The notes under the pieces were generated by a model, which was not told the DNA's origin, did no database searches, and was given only the letters and a program-made list of their open reading frames with translations. Positions 7,156-13,958 of a DNA stretch of 32,000 nucleotides are shown one piece after another; position 1 is the stretch's first letter, and every line of letters starts with the position of its first letter. The stretch is taken from contig NZ_CP066020.1 of NCBI RefSeq assembly GCF_016127575.1, forward strand, positions 180,001 through 212,000, read 5' to 3'. The DNA comes from Cupriavidus necator. GTDB taxonomy: Bacteria; Pseudomonadota; Gammaproteobacteria; Burkholderiales; Burkholderiaceae. A program made the translations under genes and the position numbers.

Positions 7156-7926
7156 GGCCCTCGCGGTCGCGCGGGAAGAGGTCGCGGCCATCTCGGCGCA
7201 GTTGGCCGAGGCGCGCCAGTCGCACGGCGCCGTGCAGGCGGACCTGGCCGCGGAGCGGCAGGCGCACGCGGCGACGCAGGCCCGGCTCGAAGCGGGCCGC
7301 ACGGAACTGGAGGCGGGCCGACGTCAGCTGGAGACGTTGCGCACCCAATTCTCGACGGAGTTGGAGCCCGCGAGCAGGTGACCCTCGCGCAGGAACGGGC
7401 CGAGGCCAGCGAGCGGCGGAGCTTGCGCGAGCTGGACGCCGAGCGCACCGCCCGCCAGCAGAGCGAGCGCGCGGCCGAAGCGTTGCGCGGCGAACTGGCG
7501 GCGGTGCGCAGCGAGGCCCGCGACGTGGCCGTGGCGCAGGCCGAAATCCGCGCGCGGCTCGAAGCCCAGGCCGCGGCGCTAGCCGATCGGCTCGCCACCG
7601 CCGAGCAGGCGCAGCGCAAAGCGGCGCACGACCTGGACGCGCTGCAGGCGGAGCTGGGCGCGGCGCAGCGCCGGGCCGAACGGGCCGAGGCCGAAGCGGC
7701 GCTGGCGCGCCAGCTGCTGGCAGAATTGCGGGTGGCGCCAGCCGGGCGGGGGGAAGGTGGTGGCGGGCGGCGGCGCAAGGCCGGCGACCCGGCGCCGACC
7801 GAGCAGGCGGCGCCAGGCGAAAAACAGAACGAACAGCAGGACGACAAGCAGGGCGCGCCAGCCGCAGCCTTGAATCCGGAAGACGGCAGCGACAGCAGTG
7901 ACGACAGCAATGACAGCAAAAACTGA
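7130..7926 (+). pseudogene. KfrA-like alanine-rich coiled-coil gene, 5'-truncated and frameshifted
   Basis: Frame 2 (7130-7381) reads ...REEVAAISAQLAEARQSHGAVQADLAAERQAHAATQARLEAGRTELEAGRRQLETLRTQFSTELEPASR* with no start codon. The same heptad-like A/E/R/L/Q text continues in frame 1 from 7378 (TLAQERAEASERRSLRELDAERTARQQ...) to TGA 7924-7926. It ends in an acidic, Ser/Asp-rich tail. No N-terminal DNA-binding domain lies upstream. The KfrA assignment rests on composition and on context with the adjacent H-NS-like gene. Confidence 0.55.
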
Positions 7927-8173
7927 GCGGGCGGCGGCGATCCGCTGGATCCGGGCGGAGATGGCCGACTACGGGCTGACCATGGAGGAGCTGGCAGCGG
8001 CGGGGTGCTTCGATCCGCCGCCTCCTCCGCCACCGCCGCCACCCGCACCAGCGCCGGTGGTCTGCTACCGCAACGCCGCGGGGCAGAGTTGGGACGGGCA
8101 GGGCGACATGCCCGACTGGCTCAGGCGGGCGGTCAATGCGGGGCAGGCCGTGGAGTTTTTCCGGGTCGGGTAG
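7910..8173 (+). CDS. H-NS-family nucleoid-associated / xenogeneic-silencer-like protein (87 aa)
   Basis: N-terminal oligomerisation-type helix ERAAAIRWIRAEMADYGLTMEELAAAGCF. A poly-Pro linker (P10APAP) follows. The C-terminal DNA-binding motif is YRNAAGQSWDGQGDMPDWLRRAVNAGQAVEFF (YR..G..W.G.G..P.W pattern of H-NS-like proteins). ATG 7910 is preferred over GTG 7898. The start overlaps the end of the kfrA-like frame. Confidence 0.8.
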   Translation: MTAKTERAAAIRWIRAEMADYGLTMEELAAAGCFDPPPPPPPPPPAPAPVVCYRNAAGQSWDGQGDMPDWLRRAVNAGQAVEFFRVG

Positions 8174-8193
8174 CGCCGCCGCTATCTCGGCTC

Positions 8194-8215
8194 GGCCGCG
8201 GATCGATCTGCGGCC
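8194..8215. repeat. GC-clamped GATCGATC-centred imperfect palindrome (site 2 of 3)
   Basis: GGCCGCGGATCGATCTGCGGCC, 21 nt downstream of the hns-like stop. Confidence 0.6.
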
Positions 8216-8266
8216 GATGCCCCTTGTGATAGCGGATTCCCCGTATCTTGGCACGCCCCCTACAAC

Positions 8267-8282
8267 CCGCGATCGATCGCGG
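8267..8282. repeat. Perfect 16-bp palindrome (site 3 of 3)
   Basis: CCGCGATCGATCGCGG is its own reverse complement. Confidence 0.6.
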
Positions 8283-8399
8283 CTGTCGGGCTATTGGCGG
8301 CCTACCGTGCCGACCCTCAGCCGACAACACTGGAACGCGTGCTTCACGTGGCCGTCCAGCACGATACGGGCATGGCCGGGTGCTACGGGCCGGGGCGAC

Positions 8400-8407
8400 T
8401 GCGCAGC
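8400..8407. repeat. Left copy of the 8-bp target-site duplication of the IS66 element
   Basis: TGCGCAGC directly abuts IRL. The identical octamer is at 10869-10876, abutting IRR. Confidence 0.9.
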
Positions 8408-8429
8408 GTAAGCGAGTCGCCAGCACCGT
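8408..8429 (+). repeat. IS66 left inverted repeat
   Basis: GTAAGCGAGTCGCCAGCACCGT. The reverse complement of 10847-10868 is GTAAGCGGATCGCCAGCACCGT. Confidence 0.9.
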
Positions 8430-8477
8430 CTGTACCGTTCAGTAGAGTGGCGCCAAAGTAGTTCCCACCAAATAGTG

Positions 8478-8888
8478 ATGGGAACTACTTTGTCACAGTC
8501 ACAGGAAGAACCAGTCGCCGGCAGTCGCAAAGGCCGGCCGAACCACAGCGAGGAATTCAAGCGGCGGTTGGCAGCCGCTGCGTGTGAGCCGGGTGTCTCG
8601 GTATCGAAATTGGCGCGCGAGCACGGCATCAACGCGAACATGCTGTTCACCTGGCGCCGACGCTATCGAATGGAGCAGCGCCAGGAAGCCGCGGTGTTGT
8701 TGCCGGTGACCGTTGAACACCCAAGCTCGCCACCCGGTCCGATGCCAATGAGTCCGGCCGCTGCGGTTTGCGAGCCGACGCCGCCGCACGGCGCCATTGA
8801 GATCCGTTTGGGCCGAGCGGTGATTCGCATTGAAGGGGCAGTCGACGCGACCACGTTGCGTACCGTACTGGACCGTTTGACGCCATGA
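8478..8888 (+). CDS. tnpA: IS66-family accessory protein TnpA (orf1)
   Basis: Small HTH-type protein (...[44 protein letters not shown]) as the first ORF of the element. ATG 8478 (GTG 8475 in the track). The stop overlaps the tnpB start. Confidence 0.85.
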   Translation: MGTTLSQSQEEPVAGSRKGRPNHSEEFKRRLAAAACEPGVSVSKLAREHGINANMLFTWRRRYRMEQRQEAAVLLPVTVEHPSSPPGPMPMSPAAAVCEPTPPHGAIEIRLGRAVIRIEGAVDATTLRTVLDRLTP

Positions 8889-9232
8889 TCGGGTTGCCGG
8901 CGGGAACACGCATCTGGATCGCTGCAGGCGTGACCGACATGCGCTGCGGATTCAACGGGCTCGCCGCGAAGGTGGAGGCGACTCTGCAGGAGAGCCCGTT
9001 CTCCGGCCATGTCTTCGTCTTCCGCGGCAGGCGCGGCAACGTCATCAAGGTGTTGTGGTCAACGGGCGATGGGCTTTGCTTGCTCTCGAAGCGCCTGGAG
9101 CGCGGACGTTTCGTCTGGCCGCAGGCCGACAGCGGCAAGATCCACCTGACGCAAGCGCAGTTGTCGATGCTGCTGGAGGGGATCAACTGGAAGCAGCCCG
9201 AGCGCACCTGGCCGCCACTGTCGGTGTTGTAA
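8885..9232 (+). CDS. tnpB: IS66-family accessory protein TnpB (orf2)
   Basis: Characteristic IS66 Orf2 sequence: [25 protein letters not shown]...[43 protein letters not shown] overlap with tnpA. Confidence 0.9.
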   Translation: MIGLPAGTRIWIAAGVTDMRCGFNGLAAKVEATLQESPFSGHVFVFRGRRGNVIKVLWSTGDGLCLLSKRLERGRFVWPQADSGKIHLTQAQLSMLLEGINWKQPERTWPPLSVL

Positions 9233-9262
9233 ACCTTGCGGCATGTGCGTAAACTGCCGCGC

Positions 9263-10816
9263 ATGCCAATCGACCCCAGCGATCTCCCCGACGACATTGA
9301 GGCCCTGAAGGCCTTGGTGTTGGCACAGCGGGAATCGATCGCACTCATGGAACGGGCCTTGGCGGTCCGCTCCATGGAGATCGAGCAGCTAAATCTGCAG
9401 ATCTCAAAGCTGAGGCGGATGCAGTTTGGCCAGAAGTCCGAGAAGCTGGATCGACAGATTGAACAGCTCGAGACCCGACTGGAAGATCTGCTGGCCGAGG
9501 AAGGTGCGGCCGAAACCGAAGCCGATCCGCAGGCTACCCCTCCTGTCCGGAAGAAAGCGGTACGCAAGCCGTTGCCGGAGCACCTGGAGCGGGAGGAGCG
9601 CATTCTCGAGCCCGAGACCGAAGCCTGTCCAGAGTGCGGCGGTAAGCTCAAGCCGCTGGGCGAGGACATCTCGGAGCAACTCGATATTATCAGCAGTTCA
9701 TTCAGGGTGATTCGGCAAGTGCGGCGCAAGAAGGCCTGCGCCTGTTGTGATTGCATCGTGCAGGCTGCAGCGCCAAGCCGGCCAATTGAGCGTGGCATTG
9801 CCACGGCGGGGCTGCACGCTCACATACTGGTTGCCAAATATGCTGATCATCAACCGCTGTACCGTCAAGCCGCGATCTATGCCCGGCAGGGCGTGGAGCT
9901 GGACCGCACGACCATGGCTCGCGGTGTCGGCGCTTGCGGTGCGCTGGTACGCCCCCTAGTCGAGGCTTTGCACCGATACGTGATGATGCCCGGCAAGGTG
10001 CATGCGGACGACACACCGCTGCCGGTACTTGCGCCAGGTAAGGGACAGACCAAGACGGGAAGACTATGGGCTTACGTGCGGGACGATCGCGCATCGGGTT
10101 CAGATGCTGCACCTGCAGTCTGGTTCGCCTACACACCAAATCGCCAGGGCCAACATCCCCAAGCGCATCTGGCCGGCTTCCGCGGCATCCTGCAGGCAGA
10201 CGCGTATGCGGGCTTCAACGCTGTTTTTACCGATGGCAGTGTGCGCGAAGCAGCTTGTATGGCCCACGCGCGCCGTAAGGTGCACGATCTGCATGTCCGC
10301 AAGGCAACGCCGACCACCACGGAGGCGTTACGCCGGATCGGCGAGCTCTATGCCATCGAAGCGGAAATCCGGGGTAAGCCACCTGCCGTGCGTCAACAGG
10401 TGCGGCAGCAAAGATCCCGGCCCCTACTGGACAGCCTCGAAGTGTGGTTGCGAGAGCGGCTATTGACGCTCTCAACGCAGTCGGAAACGACCAAAGCCAT
10501 CAACTACATGCTGAACCAGTGGCAAGCGCTAATCTACTACTGTGATGATGGTCTGGCAGAGATAGACAACAACATCGCGGAGAATGCGCTGCGCGGTGTC
10601 GCGTTGGGTCGGAAGAATTTTTTATTCGCCGGCGCTGACAGTGGCGGCGAGCGCGCGGCCGCAATGTACTCGCTCATCGGGTCCTGCAAACTCAACGGCA
10701 TCGATCCCGAGGCCTATCTGCGTCACGTCTTGGCCCGCATCGCCGATCATCCCGTCAATCGGATCGACGGACTTCTGCCGTGGAACGTCGCCGCTCAACT
10801 GGCGTTGCAAGCCTAA
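9263..10816 (+). CDS. tnpC: IS66-family DDE transposase TnpC (orf3)
   Basis: N-terminal leucine-zipper-like region and zinc-finger CPECGGKL...CACCDC. Conserved IS66 transposase blocks: [68 protein letters not shown], and a C-terminal LLPWN. ATG 9263 is preferred; the track start 9236 is a TTG. Confidence 0.92.
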   Translation: MPIDPSDLPDDIEALKALVLAQRESIALMERALAVRSMEIEQLNLQISKLRRMQFGQKSEKLDRQIEQLETRLEDLLAEEGAAETEADPQATPPVRKKAVRKPLPEHLEREERILEPETEACPECGGKLKPLGEDISEQLDIISSSFRVIRQVRRKKACACCDCIVQAAAPSRPIERGIATAGLHAHILVAKYADHQPLYRQAAIYARQGVELDRTTMARGVGACGALVRPLVEALHRYVMMPGKVHADDTPLPVLAPGKGQTKTGRLWAYVRDDRASGSDAAPAVWFAYTPNRQGQHPQAHLAGFRGILQADAYAGFNAVFTDGSVREAACMAHARRKVHDLHVRKATPTTTEALRRIGELYAIEAEIRGKPPAVRQQVRQQRSRPLLDSLEVWLRERLLTLSTQSETTKAINYMLNQWQALIYYCDDGLAEIDNNIAENALRGVALGRKNFLFAGADSGGERAAAMYSLIGSCKLNGIDPEAYLRHVLARIADHPVNRIDGLLPWNVAAQLALQA

Positions 10817-10846
10817 AGCAGCACCATTCCTGTCTCGTCGTCAACC

Positions 10847-10868
10847 ACGGTGCTGGCGATCCGCTTAC
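10847..10868 (-). repeat. IS66 right inverted repeat
   Basis: ACGGTGCTGGCGATCCGCTTAC on the plus strand. It pairs with IRL with two adjacent mismatches (AG vs GA). Confidence 0.9.
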
Positions 10869-10876
10869 TGCGCAGC
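10869..10876. repeat. Right copy of the 8-bp target-site duplication
   Basis: TGCGCAGC, identical to 8400-8407. Confidence 0.9.
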
Positions 10877-10893
10877 GATCCCTGCCACCGGCA

Positions 10894-12099
10894 ATGCTAC
10901 GGACGCTGATGCGCCTGGGCCTGACCTCGACCACCTACGCCTTGCCAAGCCGCGATCTAGTGGATTGGGAGTGCGTCGAGGACTATCGCGCCCATCGTGA
11001 GGCGCAAGAAAACGCCCGAAAAGACGCGGAACGTGACAGGCTGCGGGCAGCGGTCACGGCGGAACTGCGATGGCTGTCGGGCGAGGGGGACGAGCCTGGC
11101 TGGCCGGAGCTGCCGGACCCGAGATCCCCGAAGGTGCGTGCCGGGATCCCCTTGGGCGTGCCGCGACGACAGCGTGCAAAGCCACCCGCGCCACGCGAGT
11201 ACGCGCTGGACTCGAGCGCGGCGGCGCATTGGCTGTCGCTCGCGAAAGACCTTTGGTATCGGGACGCGCCCGAGCGGTTGCGCGGCCTGGTGCTTCACTG
11301 TTGGGCGTGGACGGCAAGCGCGAACGGCGTCGGATGCAAAAAAGATGAAGAGCCTGGGGAGCGCGCGCATCAATGGAACGAAGCGTATTTCGCCGCAGCG
11401 ACCGCCGCGGCCGCCACGCTGGGTGATGCCGGCCTCAGCGAGATGGTCCTCCAGCGCGTCGCCCAGTTGCCGCAAGATCGCTTCCTCGACGCCACCACCG
11501 CGGTGCTGCATGAGCTCGACAGACTCTGGATGAACAACGGGCTCGTGTCGGGTCCCTTAGTGTTATTGGTATGGGAGACCCTGGCGTCGCGCATCAGGGA
11601 ATTCTGGGCGTGGAAGCGACTCACGTCTGAGTGCTCGACCAGCGCGGAAATCCATCTCACAGGCGCACTCGCTGCGCTGTTTATGGGGGAGTACGAGATC
11701 GGGAAGGGACCTCGCTGCTATGTCCGTCCGCCCGGGGCTGAGGGAGCGGACGCCCTGTTGCCGATGCTCACGCGCCTGGCCGTGGAGGCCGCGCCGTCCA
11801 CCTTCGTCGCCCTCGCGATACTTGGCCTGCTTGAGGTGCAGCCGCAAGTGCATCGACTGACGTTCCTTGCGGGAGTGGTCAGTGCCTGGTGGCGGGCGCA
11901 GGGTGCAAACACGGAATTCTGGAACGACTACGGCATAGGGCCCCGGGTATGCGCCTGGGTCGAAAAGGCCATCCTAAGCGCTCCGGTACCCCAGGAGGTT
12001 CTGGATAGCGCGGAACTGACGTCCGTCGTGGATACGCTGGTCCAAACCGGCACGCCACTGGCGCGGATCCTCGACGAGAAGCTTGCGCGACCGCGCTGA
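10894..12099 (+). CDS. Hypothetical protein (about 401 aa)
   Basis: Long open frame with a plausible, non-repetitive translation (MLRTLMRLGLTSTTYALPSRDLVDWECVEDYRAHREAQENARKDAERDRL...). The track ORF starts at 10780 inside the IS and crosses IRR, which cannot be native. The first ATG outside the IS and its duplication is 10894. No motif recognised. Confidence 0.5.
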   Translation: MLRTLMRLGLTSTTYALPSRDLVDWECVEDYRAHREAQENARKDAERDRLRAAVTAELRWLSGEGDEPGWPELPDPRSPKVRAGIPLGVPRRQRAKPPAPREYALDSSAAAHWLSLAKDLWYRDAPERLRGLVLHCWAWTASANGVGCKKDEEPGERAHQWNEAYFAAATAAAATLGDAGLSEMVLQRVAQLPQDRFLDATTAVLHELDRLWMNNGLVSGPLVLLVWETLASRIREFWAWKRLTSECSTSAEIHLTGALAALFMGEYEIGKGPRCYVRPPGAEGADALLPMLTRLAVEAAPSTFVALAILGLLEVQPQVHRLTFLAGVVSAWWRAQGANTEFWNDYGIGPRVCAWVEKAILSAPVPQEVLDSAELTSVVDTLVQTGTPLARILDEKLARPR

Positions 12100-12271
12100 C
12101 GCGGTCCTGTGGATCAAGTCCCACATGGCCCACCTCGGATTGACCTACGAGCAGCACCTCCTCGCGGCCGGCTGTTTCGCGTCGCCCGGCGTGGCCGGCG
12201 GCAAAAAGGTGTCGGTGGAGCGCCTGTCAGAGGAGTTCCGGGATTCACCGCCAAACCGCGGCGAAGCATAG
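12083..12271 (+). pseudogene. H-NS-like N-terminal (oligomerisation-domain) remnant lacking the DNA-binding domain
   Basis: RADAVLWIKSHMAHLGLTYEQHLLAAGCF aligns with RAAAIRWIRAEMADYGLTMEELAAAGCF of the intact copy at 7910-8173. After AAGCF the sequence diverges, and no frame contains the W.G.G..P.W motif. There is no ATG (TTG 12083 only). It overlaps the 3' end of the preceding ORF, as in the intact kfrA/hns junction. Confidence 0.5.
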
Positions 12272-12454
12272 CGAGCGCCTGGCGTTATTCCTGCGGGGTA
12301 GAAAGGGTGTTAATGGCGAAATCGGCGAGCAGGCAAAGGCAATGCAGTATGTGGATGCTGCGTAATCGTGGCATTGTTGGAATGGAAGAGGCTGCGTAGC
12401 TGGTCGGTGACTTTGGAGGATAATGGCCTTTTTCGCTCCTAGTTTTTGACTAGC

Positions 12455-13327
12455 ATGGACGCGCCTAAAGACGAGCCAGTACTGCCGCAGCCCATAGGCA
12501 CAAGCCCCGACCAGTGGAAAGCTCTAGGAAGTTCCATTGTTGAGATCGGGGTTGCCATTGGATCCGCCTTCAGGCAGATGCAGGAGTGGTGGGTAGCCAA
12601 TGCTCCGGTTATAGGAGCTGCAATTCAGTTCGCGATTAAGGAGCTTCCTCCTGCGTACCGTCGAGCAATGGTTGAATTGGCTAAGCACGGTTGGTACATT
12701 GATATGCAGCGCATGGGGCTGGGGCATCCCCCTCGGCTAGCCGAAGCTCTTCGCAAGAACGAGGGTGCCGAGGAGGCGAAGGAAGAGCTAAGACTGCATT
12801 TTTCAGTGCATTTGGATGAGATTGAAACTGAGGTGTGCGAGCTGCTCCCACACCGCTCGCATATCCTGGCGCAGGCGTTCAATGCCCACAGGGCCGGGCA
12901 GTACGCGCTTTCAATACCAGTGTTCCTGTCGCAAGCCGATGGAATCTGTTTTGAAAAGGTGAATGCCTACTACTTCGTTTCCGACAAGACTCCGGAGGGT
13001 CGGAAGATTGGTCGCCCGGAGACTGCTATCCATGCCGAATCCCTCGACCATGATTTTTGGACGCGTATTGTGCTGGCTCCGCTAGGCGAATTCGGTGAGC
13101 TCAATGTAAGTGGCAAGAAGCGGCCTCCAGACTTCCAAGGGCTAAACCGCCACACAGTGATGCATGGTCAGTCGCTCGACTATGGAACTGAGATCAACAG
13201 CCTCAAGGCGATCTCACTTCTGAACTATGTGTCGCACGTCTTGGCCCGCAAGAGCTTTCCGCAGCGTTTGCAGGAAGGTGACAGCCCGCCAGTCGCCGGC
13301 CGCCTCGTGCGAAATCCACGTCGCTAA
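12455..13327 (+). CDS. Hypothetical protein (about 290 aa) with a HEPN-like Rx4H motif
   Basis: Clean ORF in a lower-GC patch. The C-terminal block GLNRHTVMHGQSLDYGTEINSLKAISLLNYV contains R-HTVM-H (Rx4H) followed by G, as in RNxxxHG-type HEPN motifs. The upstream helix HRSHILAQAFNAHRAGQYALSIPVFLSQADGI is also notable. ATG 12455 is preferred over TTG 12446. The HEPN call is tentative. Confidence 0.55.
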   Translation: MDAPKDEPVLPQPIGTSPDQWKALGSSIVEIGVAIGSAFRQMQEWWVANAPVIGAAIQFAIKELPPAYRRAMVELAKHGWYIDMQRMGLGHPPRLAEALRKNEGAEEAKEELRLHFSVHLDEIETEVCELLPHRSHILAQAFNAHRAGQYALSIPVFLSQADGICFEKVNAYYFVSDKTPEGRKIGRPETAIHAESLDHDFWTRIVLAPLGEFGELNVSGKKRPPDFQGLNRHTVMHGQSLDYGTEINSLKAISLLNYVSHVLARKSFPQRLQEGDSPPVAGRLVRNPRR

Positions 13328-13879
13328 CCCGGAGCTGCTCGTCAAGTTCGAGCCGGGCCAGAGGTTTTTACGTCGACTTCACACCCCGCATAACCGGGGT
13401 AGTCCCGCGTAGCGCGCATTCCTCCCGGGAAAGCCGAGGGTTCGCTTGCCGAGCGAGAGTTATAGAAGGAAGTCGACCGGGACAGCCCCGTGAAGGCAAA
13501 GCTGAGGCGACGCGCGCCCCCGACGCACGCACGCCGCAACGTCGCTACGTCGCTGGATGTGTAACCGTCTTACCGTTACATCACGCGGGCCCTGGTGAAG
13601 GCACTGGGCCTGCCGGCAGGAACCATTGAATTCGAGCTGCGCGCTGCCGTCGGCGAGATCGTTACGGTGAATTGCACTTACGTTCAAACCAATGACACTA
13701 CTTTCGGGTTTAAGCCGGCGCCGCGCCCATGCGGCCATCCAGTTCCATCATCAGATTCTAAAACTGAGCCGTGCCGGTCGCCTTGAACAGCAGGTCGCGT
13801 GTGCGTCTCGGTATCCCGTCCATCGGTACCGACTTTTTTGTTCTGGGCGTGGCGGTACGTGTTCGCGAATTGCCAATAA

Positions 13880-13940
13880 GGTGGAGCTCGCCGCAGCGCA
13901 GCGCCGGGCCGAGCGGGGCGAAGCGGAAGCGGCCCAAGTG
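13880..13940 (+). pseudogene. Isolated about 60-bp fragment of a kfrA-like coiled-coil gene
   Basis: ggtggagctcgccgcagcgcagcgccgggccgagcggggcgaagcggaagcggcccaagtg aligns by eye at roughly 80% with ggcggagctgggcgcggcgcagcgccgggccgaacgggccgaggccgaagcggcgctggcg (about 7640-7700). It translates to ELAAAQRRAERGEAEAAQ versus ELGAAQRRAERAEAEAAL. It ends 19 bp from the stop codon of the convergent PRTase-like gene. Confidence 0.55.
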
Positions 13941-13958
13941 GACGACTTTAGCGAGACG

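Larger units (their letters stand above)
8408..10868 (+). mobile_element. Complete IS66-family insertion sequence (2461 bp)
   Basis: Terminal inverted repeats start with the IS66-type GTAAGCG (20/22 identical). The three-ORF tnpA-tnpB-tnpC layout shows ATGA coupling. The 8-bp direct repeat TGCGCAGC is perfect; IS66 elements make 8-bp duplications. Confidence 0.92.

Noticed and set aside
7142-7163. tRNA-like TTCGAATCC T-loop and acceptor-like sequence; considered as a tRNA gene.
   Set aside because: No complementary 5' T-stem, anticodon arm or D-arm is present upstream, so it is not a tRNA gene. It is kept only as a possible att-type remnant within the palindrome finding.
7100-8060. Strong 3-nt periodic GC-rich repetitiveness; considered as a tandem repeat or CRISPR-like array.
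   Set aside because: There are no unit repeats with spacers. The periodicity is codon-level (GCN/CGN/GAG) from an alanine-rich coiled coil. No CRISPR-like repeat-spacer structure was seen anywhere in the window.
7034-8254. Very long ORFs in several frames over the kfrA/hns region (406 aa and 304 aa on the minus strand, 265 aa on the plus strand at 7104-7901).
   Set aside because: Their translations are Arg/Pro/Ala-rich junk, typical of off-frame reading of roughly 78% GC DNA where stop codons are rare. Only the A/E/R/L/Q heptad-like frame and the H-NS-like frame give protein-like sequence.
8248-8445. 65-aa ORF that would, after removing the IS, join in frame to the 401-aa gene. It raised the possibility that the IS disrupts a longer gene.
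   Set aside because: The upstream part (MARPLQPAIDRGCRAIGGLPCRPSADNTGTRASRGRPARYG...) is Arg/Gly/Pro junk with no coding character. An insertion upstream of the gene is the simpler reading. This could be overturned by comparison with an empty site.
8647-9804. 385-aa minus-strand ORF inside the IS66 element.
   Set aside because: It is antisense to tnpA/tnpB/tnpC, whose products carry clear IS66 family signatures. The translation is Ser/Arg/Cys-rich and low in complexity.
10780-10893. Track ORF start at 10780 for the 401-aa gene.
   Set aside because: This part lies inside the IS66 element and crosses its right inverted repeat and the target duplication, so it cannot be the native N-terminus. 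It is retained only as a note on possible read-through.
13565-13786. Short frame with protein-like text (ITRALVKALGLPAGTIEFELRAAVGEIVTVNCTYVQTND...).
   Set aside because: It has no ATG or SD (GTG only), and it turns into Pro/Ser-rich junk after about 45 codons. It lies in a stretch full of gene remnants, so it is probably a fragment of a lost gene.
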